A stretch of DNA of 63,044 bases, counting the filler, from Lenisia limosa (Eukaryota; Protista; Breviatea), in assembly GCA_001655205.1 (NCBI GenBank). It is 11 parts of 11 records of this genome, joined end to end, with 100 filler letters (N's around TTAATTAATTAA, not from the genome) between each part and the next. Parts side by side here need not be neighbours in the genome. Positions count along the whole stretch, not along the records: positions 48,129 to 54,428 come from LPNZ01003548.1; positions 54,529 to 61,023 come from LPNZ01006592.1; positions 61,124 to 63,044 come from LPNZ01002623.1; 8 more parts are not named here. One strand, written 5' to 3'. The position numbers and the translations under genes are program-made. Every line of letters begins with the position of its first letter. Position 1 is the stretch's first letter. This document shows, piece by piece, positions 51,201-63,044 of the stretch. The notes under the pieces are model-generated. The model did no database searches. It had not been told where the DNA came from and was given only the letters and a program-made list of their open reading frames with translations.

Positions 51201-53624
51201 CCCTTGTGTGTTGTCAGCTAACAGAGTTGATTTGGGCTCTTTTTATTTCATAAATTTTCCAATTTTACTCCCCCCCCCCCCCNNNNNNNNNNNNNNNNNN
51301 NNNNNNNNNNNNNNNNNNNNNNNNNNNNNNNNNNNNNNNNNNNNNNNNNNNNNNNNNNNNNNNNNNNNNNNNNNNTATTAATTTGGACTTTTTCAGAAGT
51401 GCACTATTAACAGTATTAATAAATATTAATAAGTTCAAAGTTTTCACAAAGTCAAGTTGTGAAGTGGAATTATTCTCAAAAACAATCAAATCAATGGTGC
51501 TATTATTTTATCGCTTTTTTCCATTTCCTATTTCTACATATCATATCATATGATATGATGTTATAATTATATTATTTCTTTTTTAACCTCCAGCATCCTT
51601 GTCAAGCCCAATGCAGCTGCCTTCACCATCAAGGGGCTCAAGAACGCTTTGTAAGTTTCGGATGGTGTTTAATTACGCGCTCAAATATCGAATGCAATCC
51701 CGAATAGCAAAAAAAAAACAGATATTATTCAGAACAAGTGCACTTTTTTTTCACTTCGCCAGCAACTTCATTCCTCGCACTTTCGAGGAAGATCTCTTCA
51801 AGCTCACGTCCGAATCACTTCGTGAAGGTACGGAGAAAAATATTTTTAACTGACGAAGTCCCCTTTTTTTGGTTTTGAAATGGTATTAGAATTTTCTGTT
51901 TTTCTTTATTACCTGACAACCGATTGTGAAATGTTTTCCAGGGGTGGATGGATAATTCAATGCTCATTACTTTCCTCACTTGCTCGGAAACTATTACCCC
52001 TTTTACTTTCTAGAAATCATTGAAGCTATGAAGCTCAAATTTGGTCTTGATGTTACGATTGAGGAAATTAAGTAGGGAGAAGGAAAAACAAATGGGTAGA
52101 CACTTGTGGTGTCTATTTCTGTCTTTTTAACTGTTTTCAGTGCTATCAGACGTCAGACCCTTGTCGTTCGAGTTTGTGAAGTCACTGGTATCAGAGTGGG
52201 GTCAGGGTGGAAGTGATTATCAATTACGCATAAACTATTCAAGGTTTCTTTCCTCCTTTTTTCTCCTTTTTTTTGGTAGGAGAGAAACGGGTTACGATCA
52301 ATATTTGAATTTTCAGCCAAAAGAATGGATATGTAGAGTTACCCCCCCCCCCCNNNNNNNNNNNNNNNNNNNNNNNNNNNNNNNNNNNNNNNNNNNNNNN
52401 NNNNNNNNNNNNNNNNNNNNNNNNNNNNNNNNNNNNTCCCCTTCAAATCCTCCGACATTGCAAGCCTGATGCCTGTTGTCAAGGCTTTCTCTAAGACTGT
52501 AGGGAAGGGTATTATTCGTCTATTGTTTGCCTTTGGAGAAACCTTCTTCTTTTTTTTTCTTTTTTTTTTTGTTTCACTGAATTACATATTACACTTAACA
52601 TATGATAAAGTATGAGTTCGCTCTTTTTAGCGCCTTATTTCTATTTCATCCTTCTTTCACTCTTTCAGCCGTCACGCCTCCAAGATGCAATTTTCGGTAT
52701 CAAGGCCCTCAGCAATGCTGGAGTACGCTCAGGTCTTTTGTCTTGGTTACAGAACCGTTGTTCTTTCAAGGCAGTTTTGCTGTCAGACTGCGGGTTTTAA
52801 CAGCATTTAGGACGACCAAAAGGCATTGAATGAAGCAACTGAGCTTTATGGTTCCAAGAAGGAGGAGTATGGTGATATGTCCCAGGTAAGTTTGGTACTG
52901 CTGCTATCCTTGTTCTATCGCCGGCTCGAAATTATTCACCACCCCAATATTTTGGAGAAGTTCCAAACAAAACTCACACTAATAGACTCATATTGATGTC
53001 GCCTCCATTTTCTCTCTTGTTCTTTCCTCCATCAGCCCTTCTCAATCCTACCAACTGCAGGTGAGTGAAGGGTATCAGCTAAACTCTCAGAACCACTGCT
53101 TGGGGATGCGTCAAAATCTATCCTCCTATTATATGAAAATAGTTTTGTCGTGTATGTAGTGTTATTTTTTCTTTTTTTTAATGTGTGCCTTCCTATGCAT
53201 GAGCATTATATTAATGATCACCTCCAGTCCATTGCCACCCTTCTTGTTGAGAGACGCTATGGTCTCACCCACATCCAAACACTGGAGTCCATTAAAATTG
53301 TATGGGGCAAACTTGGTTGAGATCTTTGTTTTCAAGAGCTATCTTCGGAAAATATTGTAAGTGTTCTTAAGCTATGTCTACCCGAGTAATTCTTATTCCA
53401 AATTGATTCTGCAATCTATACCGCTAATTAGCTTTAGCTTGCTGATTGTGCAGCCCAAACTAAAATGGTGCCCATTGCCGTGATTCTTTACATTAAGTAT
53501 GTTAAATGGTCTTAAAGCTTTTGTTATTCTGTTTGTGATTTAAATTCAACCCTGATTTTCCAGAGTGATTTATCTCCTGAACCTTCATTACGGCCCTCTT
53601 ACAAGTGAAGAACTTAGCTCAAGA
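48201..53624 (+). CDS. CLUH: Clueless/CLUH (Clu1) family protein: CLU, central and TPR regions
   Basis: VVDYRGHRLLCQAPVPGI, IYPLESLALFPRDMNYPE, LHNHG|LPMRYLGRL..IMEGVAR|CTKTIMRKYF..SAHLLN, TLVVRVCEVTGIR, FKSSDIASLMPVVK and VERRYGLTHIQT match the CLU family motif order. Confidence 0.88.
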
Positions 53625-54620
53625 GTAGGCTTCAAGAGGACTTCACGAATACACTTAGATAGCTTTTTTGCATAGTTAGATCGGTTAACTTGCTATTTTT
53701 TGAAAAGAAAAAAATTATCGAAAAATTTTAAAAGACAAAAATAGATTGTCAACAATTTTGAAAAGACAAAAATAAAATATATTGAAGTGAAATAAACAGA
53801 TATAAACAAAATACAATAGCAATGAACACGAAGAAGAGAAGAAGAGGGAAAACAAAGAAACATTAGTCTGACGTGGCAGCGGACCAGCATACCATGGGAC
53901 CAAAACCCCCCGACAAAATGCTGTTGGCATGCACTCATCAAAACCCCGGCCGCCAAGGCGGAAGCAATCAAACCCAAGCGGAGGTTTGGTCGCGTCAGGT
54001 CAGGAAGACGACGGCGCTCACCAAGACCAGACTGGCCCGGTGAAACATCTTGTCAGGATGTAATGGTACATTGGTAAACCCAAGGCAGGCGGTGGTGGGA
54101 GGCGATCATGTAGTGGCGGAGGCAGTAAGAGCAAAAGATGGCGGAAACGAGGCAGAGACCACAAAACGAAAAGACAAGACAGTTACGGCGGCGGCAGCGA
54201 CGACGAAGACGAGGACAGTCGACAAGAGAGCGAGGGGCAACAGGCAGTTGCGACGACGGAAACTTGAGAGGAGGTAACGTGTAGGTGGAGGCGGCGGCCG
54301 AACACACAGCAGACGGCAAGGGGCAACGAGGCAGTTCACAGCGGCAGATACAACGAAGATGTCCATTTTCGTTGTATCTGCCGTTGATCGATTGACGGGC
54401 GGATCTCATGAGACTGCATGGCGACAGTNNNNNNNNNNNNNNNNNNNNNNNNNNNNNNNNNNNNNNNNNNNNTTAATTAATTAANNNNNNNNNNNNNNNN
54501 NNNNNNNNNNNNNNNNNNNNNNNNNNNNGGGGGGGGGGGGGGGAATCGTATTTTCTTGGCAAAACCTTGTAAGATGACAGTTCAGTCCTTCATTTTCAGT
54601 CCGATAGTAACCCCACTCAG

Positions 54621-54862
54621 GAGAACTTTGATGCGGAGGAGGAGGAGGGCTATGTGCGGTATTGTAATGAGGCCATGTTCAGGATCCATATCCTCGAGCA
54701 CCGTCTGCAGAGGCACGAAGAGAACGCCCTTCAGAAGTGGGGGGGGGGGCAAATACATGCTTATCTTTTCTCATTTTCATATACATTTTCTGAGTTATCA
54801 GATACTCGGAAATGGATGGCCGACTTCGAAGAGATCCGCGGCTTGCCATTCTTTACCAGTAG
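54621..54862 (+). CDS. Last two exons of an uncharacterised protein
   Basis: ENFDAEEEEGYVRYCNEAMFRIHILEHRLQRHEENALQK|YSEMDGRLRRDPRLAILYQ*, joined in frame across a GT-AG intron. Confidence 0.65.
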
Positions 54863-55286
54863 TTTTTACTTTGTATACTATGTAATTATTCCCTTTGAAC
54901 ACTGGAGTTTAATTGTCTTATTGTAATATTATTAACAGATTCTGAGGATGGAGTTCTGCCGCTGAGGGTTGGAAATTTTCAGCACAGTTTAATTAGCCTT
55001 ATTTAACCTTTAATGAAGCACAGTAGTCGAAATTTTTCGTACCGAAGACGGATTGAGGAAGACCATCAGAAAATAAAAAGTCCTCGTTTTCCAAATCGCT
55101 TTTGAGAGTTCGGTCCAAGAGTCAATAAAAGTATTGTGTCGATCATAAAAAAAACTTAAATACCAGTGGGCTGGCTGATTTCAATGAAATCGTGAGATTT
55201 TCAGCTTTCTCGCTTTATTTTCGTTTTTTTTTTATTTTCCAGATGTTTATAACATATGATATCATATGTACTACATGTATGAAACA

Positions 55287-58200
55287 CTAAAGATAGTCAT
55301 AGAACGCAGGCATTGCTTGTCCCTGAAATGTGAGTAAAAAAAAGGTGGTCAGATTAGTTTCAATAGAGACTTTACTGCAACAAAAATGACAAATCCCCCC
55401 CTCCTCCCACGAGTTCCCATATGCCGACACCAACATCCAATTTCTTGGCCAAGGCCACACGGGCGGCAACTGAAGCGGGTGTCGGGAAAAAAGCCTGCAA
55501 AATGAGATGAACAGCTCAGCATACCCTCGCAGTGTACTCTGCCATTGGCGTCCATTCGATGCTGTGCTCCTTTGCCTTATCATTCCACATCAGCCTGACG
55601 CCCTCGTGCTGAAGCATTGGGAGGATCTCTGCTCTTTCTACCGTGCCTCCTCCCAAGTTATACACTCGACCTGGACATTCAATGCCACAGAGTTTCAATC
55701 GAACAAGACTACCCATTTATGAGAAAGTAGTGAGAACCCTCTCGCCCTCACCATAAAAGTTGATCCCGAGGAAGACCTGCATTCCAAGCCCAGTCAGTGG
55801 CTCAACACTCTTCTTGATCCAATTGGCGGGTGCGTTGAATCCTGATGACTGGTTCGGAAAGTCGTAGGTCATAACCTTGAAGAGTCACTATTGCTATGAA
55901 ACTGCATAAAAAAAAAAGACGAACTATTTATTTGTGACAAGCTAGTTCTTGAGGGCTATTCATTAAGGAGAAAAAAAGTACTCAGTATTAGTACGATTTG
56001 TTATGTGATTTCAAGCAAAGCTCTCATGACTCAACCACCACACGTGGACGGCTGCCACCGACGCTTTCATTATTTTGATGTCCTTTGGCTCCAGGTAGTC
56101 GGGCTTGACAACTACAATGACCTCGCGTCCATGTCGCTTGAGGAACGAACCCAACACTGTTGAGAACAAGATGCCCATCCTAAACCGGTAAAAAAAAGCT
56201 CTCCCTCAACTCAGTGTAAACATTATATTACTCCGGTCATGGGATGCTCCAATCTTAATGGAACGCCCAACGCCCTCAATCAGATATCATTTTGCAAAAC
56301 ATAAACAAAACAAGCAATTTTCGTGCGGGGAGAGTGTTAGAGATGACTTGGAGTCTAAACTTTTCGAGGGTCCACGGAAGAAGTTATTTATTGTTACAGC
56401 CGGAGTCCAGTATGAATTCGTTTGTGCCAGTGTAGATTGCGTATGTGGGGATCTGAAGTGCATTGAGAGGATAGCAAGCAGGGGCTCAGGGCTCTTGTGG
56501 ACATTGCCAAGGAGAGTTTGGGTGTCCGGGTTGTTGTTTGCTGAGGCCGAGAGGGGGTCGTTGATAGTTTCGCAGGTGAAGTAGCATAGCTTATCAGCAA
56601 TGGCATTGCCTTTGGCTTCTGGGTATTTCGTTTGCTGTTGGTGGGCCTTGATCCATTTAATTTCGGTGTTATTACCTAAAGTGCGTTGGATGGCGAGGGC
56701 TATGGCGTAAGCTTCTTCTTGGGGGTGTGGGGGGAGTACAGATTTATCTCTGTTAACGGTTTCGACCGCGGCCTTGTTGTCGCAGAAGATTGTCGCTTTT
56801 TCGTCTTGGGGGAAGATTAGGGTTGCGTGCAATATGGCTAGTAACTCTATCAGGAAGATTCTTTTCGGGAAGCTTNNNNNNNNNNNNNNNNNNNNNNNNN
56901 NNNNNNNNNNNNNNNNNNNNNNNNNNNNNNNNNNNNNNNNNNNNNNNNNNNNNNGGGTTGCCGGAGAGTGAGCCGTCAGTGAAGATTTTCAGTGTCTGGT
57001 CTCTGGCTGTAACTGCTCGGGGTGGGATTCTTGAGAGTTGCTGGGTTTCCGGTTTCCTGTAGTTTGCGAGGTCTGGCAGCCTGATGCTGGGCCCGTTCCA
57101 TTGGTTTGAGGACATAGTGAGGTTGTTTGCCGTGAGGAAGAGTAGGACACAAAGTTCTGTTTTCTGGGATCTCCTGGATTCAGCCTGGTTTGGGTTGTTA
57201 TGAGTTCCCCACCATTCAATGTTGTCGGGAGTTTGGACAAATCTTGTTTTTGAGTGTGGGTCTGGGGCTGATAGGAGGTCGGCTATTGTTTGGTAATTGA
57301 GGGGAATGAAGCTGTTAATTTCCTTGAGGTAGCGTTGGTTTTTCCGATGGTCCATTGTTGATATTTCTTGGCCATTTCATGTCGAGAGCTAGGGCTGCCA
57401 GCGGAAGGGGAGTTCTATCATGTCCGATGAGATGATGGCGATTCTGAACTGGAGAAGGATGGGGCAGATTGCCAGGTGCCAAATTTTTGAAGTTTGAAAG
57501 GACAAGAAATGTAAAACAAAGATAGAAAAGATACATAGGAGAGTGGACGGGGACGGACTGGAGGGAGGATGATCTCTTCTGGAGCGGGGCGGTGGGCGGT
57601 CTGGGCAGCGGGTAAACAGACTAGAGCGAGGCGGCGGGATGGTGATTACTTTTGTGGTGACGATCTGCAAACCGTTTTATGGTTTCACCTATCACATAAT
57701 AATGTAATAGGGATGATATTCAATTGTTGTAAATCGAATGGGTGGAGGTATAAGAGAAAGAAAAGGTAAAGTTGGTAGGGTGAGGTTGGAAGACAAAGGT
57801 GAGGTTAGTGAGGTGGTGGGAGGTGAGGTACGTCAGGTACTCCCGGAACGACGGATATGTGGGGCCATGGAAGGTCATGATCGGCTGGGCGGTGAGGTTG
57901 CCCGTGATGACCCCACTGGCGATGCAAAACAAACGCAAAAATGAGTTGTAAGATTTCACCTATCACTATCGGGTGTTAAATATGTTCACCTTTTTCTAAG
58001 CGGGTGCGTGGCCAAATGGAAAGGCGCTTGACTACGGATCAAGAGACTGCAGGTTCGATCCCTGCCGTGCTCGTTTTTTATGATATTTGGATTATTTTTC
58101 TTTACTTTTATGTTTCTTTTTTTTTTTTCTGTTGGATTTTTTCTTCTTTATGTTCTTAAGGTTTTTCTTTTCTTTTCTTTTTTGTTCTTTGGATTATTAT

Positions 58201-60869
58201 TTATGCTTTTATGTTCANNNNNNNNNNGAGTTTGAGATTGTTTTGTTGGATTTTTTTTTTTGGTCTATGATTTCTTTCCTTTTTTTTTAAAACAACCTAT
58301 TATATTTTGATTAATATTTCATGATAATATCGATTGGGTTTCGTTCTATTACTTGTACAAAAAACCAAAACGTAACAAGTCAGGAGGGGGGTAGAGAATA
58401 GAAAAATCTGTAATGCAGATCTGCAGATTTGGCTCCATTTTGTTCCAATAACCTTATTATATCAATTTCATGATTATGACAATATTTCATTTTTATGACT
58501 TATTGTTTAAAAAATGATGAGTGATCATATCATATGCAAAAATCCTATTTGCTCATATAAACATCCTTAAATAATCAATTAATAAAAAATTCACTTCGCC
58601 ATATCCACTCGTGACTTCTTCCACTCTTGGATATGGCATAACATATGCAAAATCCTAATAGTATTATATGGACTACGTAATACATAATATGATATTATAC
58701 TACTACTGTATAATACTAATATTATATACAGATAATAATATTAAGTATATAATATATAATATTGAATATATCAATATATTTACTATTACTACTATTAGAA
58801 AATAATATATAATATTGATATATTATATATCAATATACGATACTATATACTATTACTACTATTAGTATATCATATATACTAATACTATTACTACTATTAG
58901 TATATCATATATACTAATAGTAGTAATAGTATATAGTATCGTATATTGATATATATCATATGATATATATAATATGTGAATATTATATATTATATGTAAT
59001 AATATACTAGTATATAATATCATATGATATATTAATATTGTATGCATCATGTGTGTGCATAGAAAAATGTGCCCGGAGCATTTCTACATAAAACGATGTG
59101 ATATTAATCTCGATGTGATATTTTTGAATTTTGCAAGCCTCTCACTGTCTGCCATTCTTGCCAATTCCTGAGAACACATCAATCACAAGACCGTCAAAGC
59201 CAAAGTCCGAAACAAGCTGCGAAGATGAGCAAAACATGAATCTGGAGCTTTCCAATGAAACTACATGAGTAACACTTCAATTGGATCCATCCACTATACG
59301 ACCACACCCACCTTCAGTAATTGGGCACGGGTTTTTGAACTGTTTGGCTCAGCAAAAACATTCACCTTAAGAATGAGACCAAGGTAACAGGTCAAGGTTA
59401 ACAAAGGAAGGGTTGAAACTAAGCAATAGCTATGATTGAAAAACTAACAACGTAAAAACTGACCCGTTGTTTATCAGACACTGCAATCTCACCATCTCCT
59501 TGCCAGTTTGGAAGCCATCAATGGCAACACGGGGCATAATCTTAATATCTGTAAATTAGTTAAGATGGTCAAAGCTGAATTTAACTTTTTGACAAAATCG
59601 AGATTGTTCTGACACAAATTCCTTTGACCTGTTTTTTCAATATGTGTAAGTACCCCAAGAAAAAGAAATCAATTCTCATCAAAAACTAATATTGTCAATA
59701 TTCAAGTTTGAGTCTAAGGGTTATGTTTGCCAGCCCACCATTATTGGATGCCTTGAGGCTCTGAAGCCAGTCCATTGCAACATCATGCTTGCCATGTACA
59801 ATACCGTCAGGGCGGATAGTGAACCATGATGGAGACACTATGTCGACCTTCTTCGCAAATTTCTGGGAAATAAGATAAAATTCAAAATAAAATCTGTGAC
59901 ATTCATGTATTATTCATTTAAACCGTTACAATCAAGTTGATGTGTAATGACGGTAACTTTTAAAGTAATCGTCACATTATTAAATTGCATTAAATTTGTG
60001 AATTTCAAATGTTGTTCATTGCTCTACCCTCAACATTCCAACCTCAGCGTAGTCATAGCCAATGCTGTTCCAGGGCGTGACGTAGGCCAGGACGGGTTGC
60101 TTGTTCCTCCTCGGGCTGTCAGTGATGGACTGACCTGCCTCATACAGGTCATCAGAAGAGAGGCTTGTCATTTGCTTGAGGCGAGAGTAGCGGTCTTTCG
60201 TCTGGCCCAAGTGCTGGAAATCCGAGAAGGCCGGAGTGGGACGTGGAACTGACTCGATTTCAGCAGTAAACGGCAGGGACTCAACGTCAATTGTTGGAAT
60301 CTGGTTGTGCTCCACTTCAAAATGCTTGACATCCTCAAATTCTGGTTCAGGTTTCTTGGCATCGGCAGCTTGCTTCTCTAAATAGCAATGAATATATCAT
60401 ATTCAATGGGGTGAAGAAATTTGACAGATTTATCAAGGGGAATGGTATATTACCCTATCTAGAAATATTCAAGTGAATCTACCTGCTAAAAACAATTTAT
60501 TTTTTTAAAAAAAACAGGTTAAAAATCCTAATTTGTAGTGTTTTTTCCTTGAAGCGGACATTAACCATTCACTACCTTCCCCCAAATATGTTAATATTAC
60601 AAAATCATATGTTAATACAAAACAATAAAACTGTTTTAGCCTTATTTCAAAATACAATTGGACCCAGTTTGTATATCCCCTCCTAAAGCCCACAAACCAC
60701 TTGAATTAGATATCTTCTGAGAGGCAATGTACATGGACAACCCTCCAGACACTGTCAAAAGGAAAAAGCCAAGGATCACGTAGGTCAGCCATGACTTGGA
60801 GCCCTTATCCTTTTGTGGCTTCCGTCTTTTTGGAGCAAACGCAGCTAATGATGCTTCTCCTTTCACCAT
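55287..60869 (-). CDS. CHID1: Chitinase domain-containing protein 1 (GH18-like, CHID1/SI-CLP) with N-terminal transmembrane anchor
   Basis: WLTYVILGFFLLTVSG anchor; VLAYVTPWNSIGYDYAE|KFAKKVDIVSPSW; FGFDGLVID; MTYDFPNQSSGFNAPANWI..VFLGINFY; AFFPTPASVAARVALAKKLDVGVGIWEL|GQAMPAFYDYL*. The largest intron is 56180-59145. Confidence 0.9.
56287..57682 (-). mobile_element. Non-LTR retrotransposon fragment with RNase H and a C-terminal CxxC
   Basis: LKIFTDGSLSG..(gap)..RVTSHIAELLAILHATL..ATIFCDNKAAV..IKWIKAH..GNAIADKL (D-E-D-H-D RNase H pattern of non-LTR type), then ENCLFC. Intron-free; RT not present. Confidence 0.78.
57696..57953 (-). mobile_element. 258-bp 5'-truncated retro-insertion with 13-bp TSD and ATT-type tail
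   Basis: TTTCACCTATCAC at 57683-57695 and 57954-57966. The minus strand is open to a stop and then ends in ATTACATTATTAT immediately before the TSD. Confidence 0.7.
58002..58073 (+). tRNA. tRNA-Arg (anticodon ACG)
   Basis: Full cloverleaf; anticodon stem CTTGA/TCAAG with ACG at 58034-58036; T-arm GCAGG-TTCGATC-CCTGC; A and B boxes; three G-U pairs in the acceptor stem. Confidence 0.95.
58074..58079 (+). terminator. Pol III oligo-T terminator
   Basis: TTTTTT directly after the discriminator base. Confidence 0.85.
58650..59050. repeat. Extremely AT-rich low-complexity tract (TAT/TAC-like microsatellite decay)
   Basis: Almost only A/T with interspersed tac/gta units. Confidence 0.85.
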
Positions 60870-61159
60870 CTTAGTGGGTACTGGGAGTTTTGGTGGGAGA
60901 CTCCACGTGAAGGTGACTACTCTCTTTGACACTTCCAACCTTCTTCCAATTCATCAACAAAAAACACTTCTTTGTTGTTTTCTGTCGATTTGTTTGTTTG
61001 TTTGTTGTTTGTGAAAATTGGTTNNNNNNNNNNNNNNNNNNNNNNNNNNNNNNNNNNNNNNNNNNNNTTAATTAATTAANNNNNNNNNNNNNNNNNNNNN
61101 NNNNNNNNNNNNNNNNNNNNNNNAACAAAAACTCTGTTAATAACACACAAGTTTTTTAA

Positions 61160-62580
61160 ACCAAAACAGTTTCTGCGACACTGCAAGGGGGACAGGCAGT
61201 TTTAGCAAGATATCAAGATAACTGGCATCCAAGATATGACCCATCCCTCCCCGTACCTTTCAAGGGAAGACTCTACATGGTCGCGTATGCATGAAGTGTG
61301 AGCGAAGTGACCGCAAAACTGCGAGAAAACGTTGGTGTCCAATGTCATATCCTGGGGGGGGGGGGGGGGGNNNNNNNNNNNNNNNNNNNNNNNNNNNNNN
61401 NNNNNNNNNNNNNNNNNNNNNNNNNNNNNNNNNNNNNNNNNNNNNNNNNNNNNNNNNNNNNNNNNNNNNNNNNNNNNNNNNNNNNNNNNNNNNNNNNNNN
61501 NNNNNNNNAATATTGGAGTAAACGTAAAAATTACAAACCGAATAATCTGAACTCAAAATACACTTAAGAGAAACAAAAACAAAAATAGCAAAAACGAGCA
61601 AGTTTATAGGAAAGATGAACTTTTAATTCTGAAAAATCAGGGATGAATTTGAGATAAATTAATCACAAAGACCAATTACTACTTCACTTCCAGTTGCACA
61701 GACTATAGTTCTCGATAAAACCTAAAATTCTCTCGTATTTTGGATATCGAAAGTGAAGTTCTTCGATTTTCTCATCCATGGGTTTCCCTAGGGTCCGAAA
61801 AACAATCGGTCAAATATCGATATTTATCGAGGATTTATCGAGAAATTCAGTCATTTTTGGGACAGAAGGGAAGCTCAATCCCTAACATTCTAACCTTGTA
61901 GACGCATAATATTCTATGATCCAGCAACCTCCCTCAAACCTGGGACAGAGCAACATGAGGCTGTAGACTCTCCTGGCCTAAAGTATCAGAGAATGCCTTC
62001 TACCTGGAACATTCTTTGTTGATGGCACGCTCATGTAATTGCTTCAGTTCAAAAAACACCAGTAAACAAATCGACAAATTTCGACGATTTTTTATCAAGA
62101 AATTCAGTCTTTTTTCCAAATGAAGTGAGTCACTACAGGACTGTCTATCCACATCATCATGTTTTAAGACATATTGCAGAGTGGGCTCACAATTCACACC
62201 ATCACCCTCCCCCCTCATCAAAAGGCAAACAATAAACCAAAATGATAAGATCCCCCTCTACCATGGTTGTTTCGCTATTTTGACTCCTATAGTTATAGTA
62301 CACGATGCATGATGTGGTATATCATACGTACATGTACAGTGGCCGGGATAAGTCTTGACCTATTTGCTCTATGATTTTCCAATGAAAATATGTCAACACT
62401 TATCTTAGTCAGTGTAGATACATATACATGAATGTACATGTACATCTACATGGGATGATCACCCCAATACCACACCCCCCCACCTTGCGGGAGTTCCGGA
62501 CGAATAACGTCGACTTTCGACCCGGAAGATGACTCGATATCTTTGATGACGTCGATTTCGTCGAAGTAGCTTGTTGGCTT
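61160..62580 (-). CDS. Uncharacterised multi-exon gene fragment
   Basis: Exons YFDEIDVIKDIESSSGSKVDVIRPELPQ and DMTLDTNVFSQFCGHFAHTSCIRDHVESSLE with GT-AG borders. Confidence 0.4.
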
Positions 62581-63044
62581 AGGCTTTGCTAGGACAATTA
62601 GAGGATGGGGAAAAGAATGGATGATATACTTTGGTTCCGAAAGACGTGTAAAATATCAATATTTATCGAGGACTTTTCGAGAATTAAGTCGGAACCAAAA
62701 GTGAAGGTCAAATGGTGGTGGAATGTGGGAAGATGGGGTTCTACAGAAGCGACTTGCCTTTTCTGTTTTTAATACTCTCAGTTTCTTCAAATGTTTAACC
62801 AAAGTTGGGTTTAGGTTTCATTAATGTCCATTTACACGGTAACCCCCCCCCCCCAACCTTTCAGAGAAGGCACGGCAATCATGGCATCTGGACTCTCTAA
62901 GGGGGGACTGACAACTGCTTGGATTAGTTTTGGGGGGAAGAAGGACTAGTTTCCCACACTTTTAAAAACAAAACAATCGAATATGACACCCAGACAGACC
63001 GATGGGGGGAAAGCTTGGGGAATCGTGGGGTTTGGATGTAACTA

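Noticed and set aside
56287-56990. Cellular RNase H1 gene
   Set aside because: It is intron-free in an intron-rich genome, lacks a hybrid-binding domain, sits in a frameshifted context inside another gene's intron, and its motif spacing is of the non-LTR type.
60642-60938. Stand-alone RAMP4/SERP1-like small membrane protein
   Set aside because: A donor after TVSG splices in frame into the CHID1 exon near 60380, so this is the CHID1 N-terminal anchor.
61260-61330. UBR-type RING finger (CGHFAHTSC)
   Set aside because: The next exon does not supply the closing CxxC, so the motif is insufficient.

Overview
Intron-rich eukaryotic (protist-type) genomic DNA with many N gaps. Ten fixed 100-bp spacers (N-TTAATTAATTAA-N) divide the window into 11 blocks. 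Several recognisable genes are cut at these spacers, so adjacency across them is unreliable. Host genes reconstructed exon by exon by eye: PEX6 (3' part), CTF18 (3' part), an RCC1-repeat protein, AHI1/Jouberin, an IFT20-like first exon, a PH+PX protein, a Clueless/CLUH protein, CHID1 (GH18-like) and several uncharacterised multi-exon genes. AHI1 and IFT20 suggest a ciliated/flagellated organism; I cannot fix the taxon. The mobile DNA is the most interesting part. (1) A tRNA-Arg(ACG) gene in a CHID1 intron has a 258-bp insertion with a 13-bp TSD exactly 48 bp upstream, and directly behind it an RNase H-bearing non-LTR fragment. This resembles Dictyostelium TRE5-type tRNA targeting. (2) A decayed Ngaro-type tyrosine-recombinase retrotransposon carries a ~260-bp internal inversion in its YR gene. 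(3) A candidate intron-containing, Crypton-like YR gene lies tail-to-tail with it. (4) At least four short dispersed repeat families are dense here, including a ~99-bp hAT MITE with 8-bp TSDs and a TA-flanked Tc1/pogo-type MITE. All family assignments come from remembered motifs, not database searches, and many boundaries are approximate.
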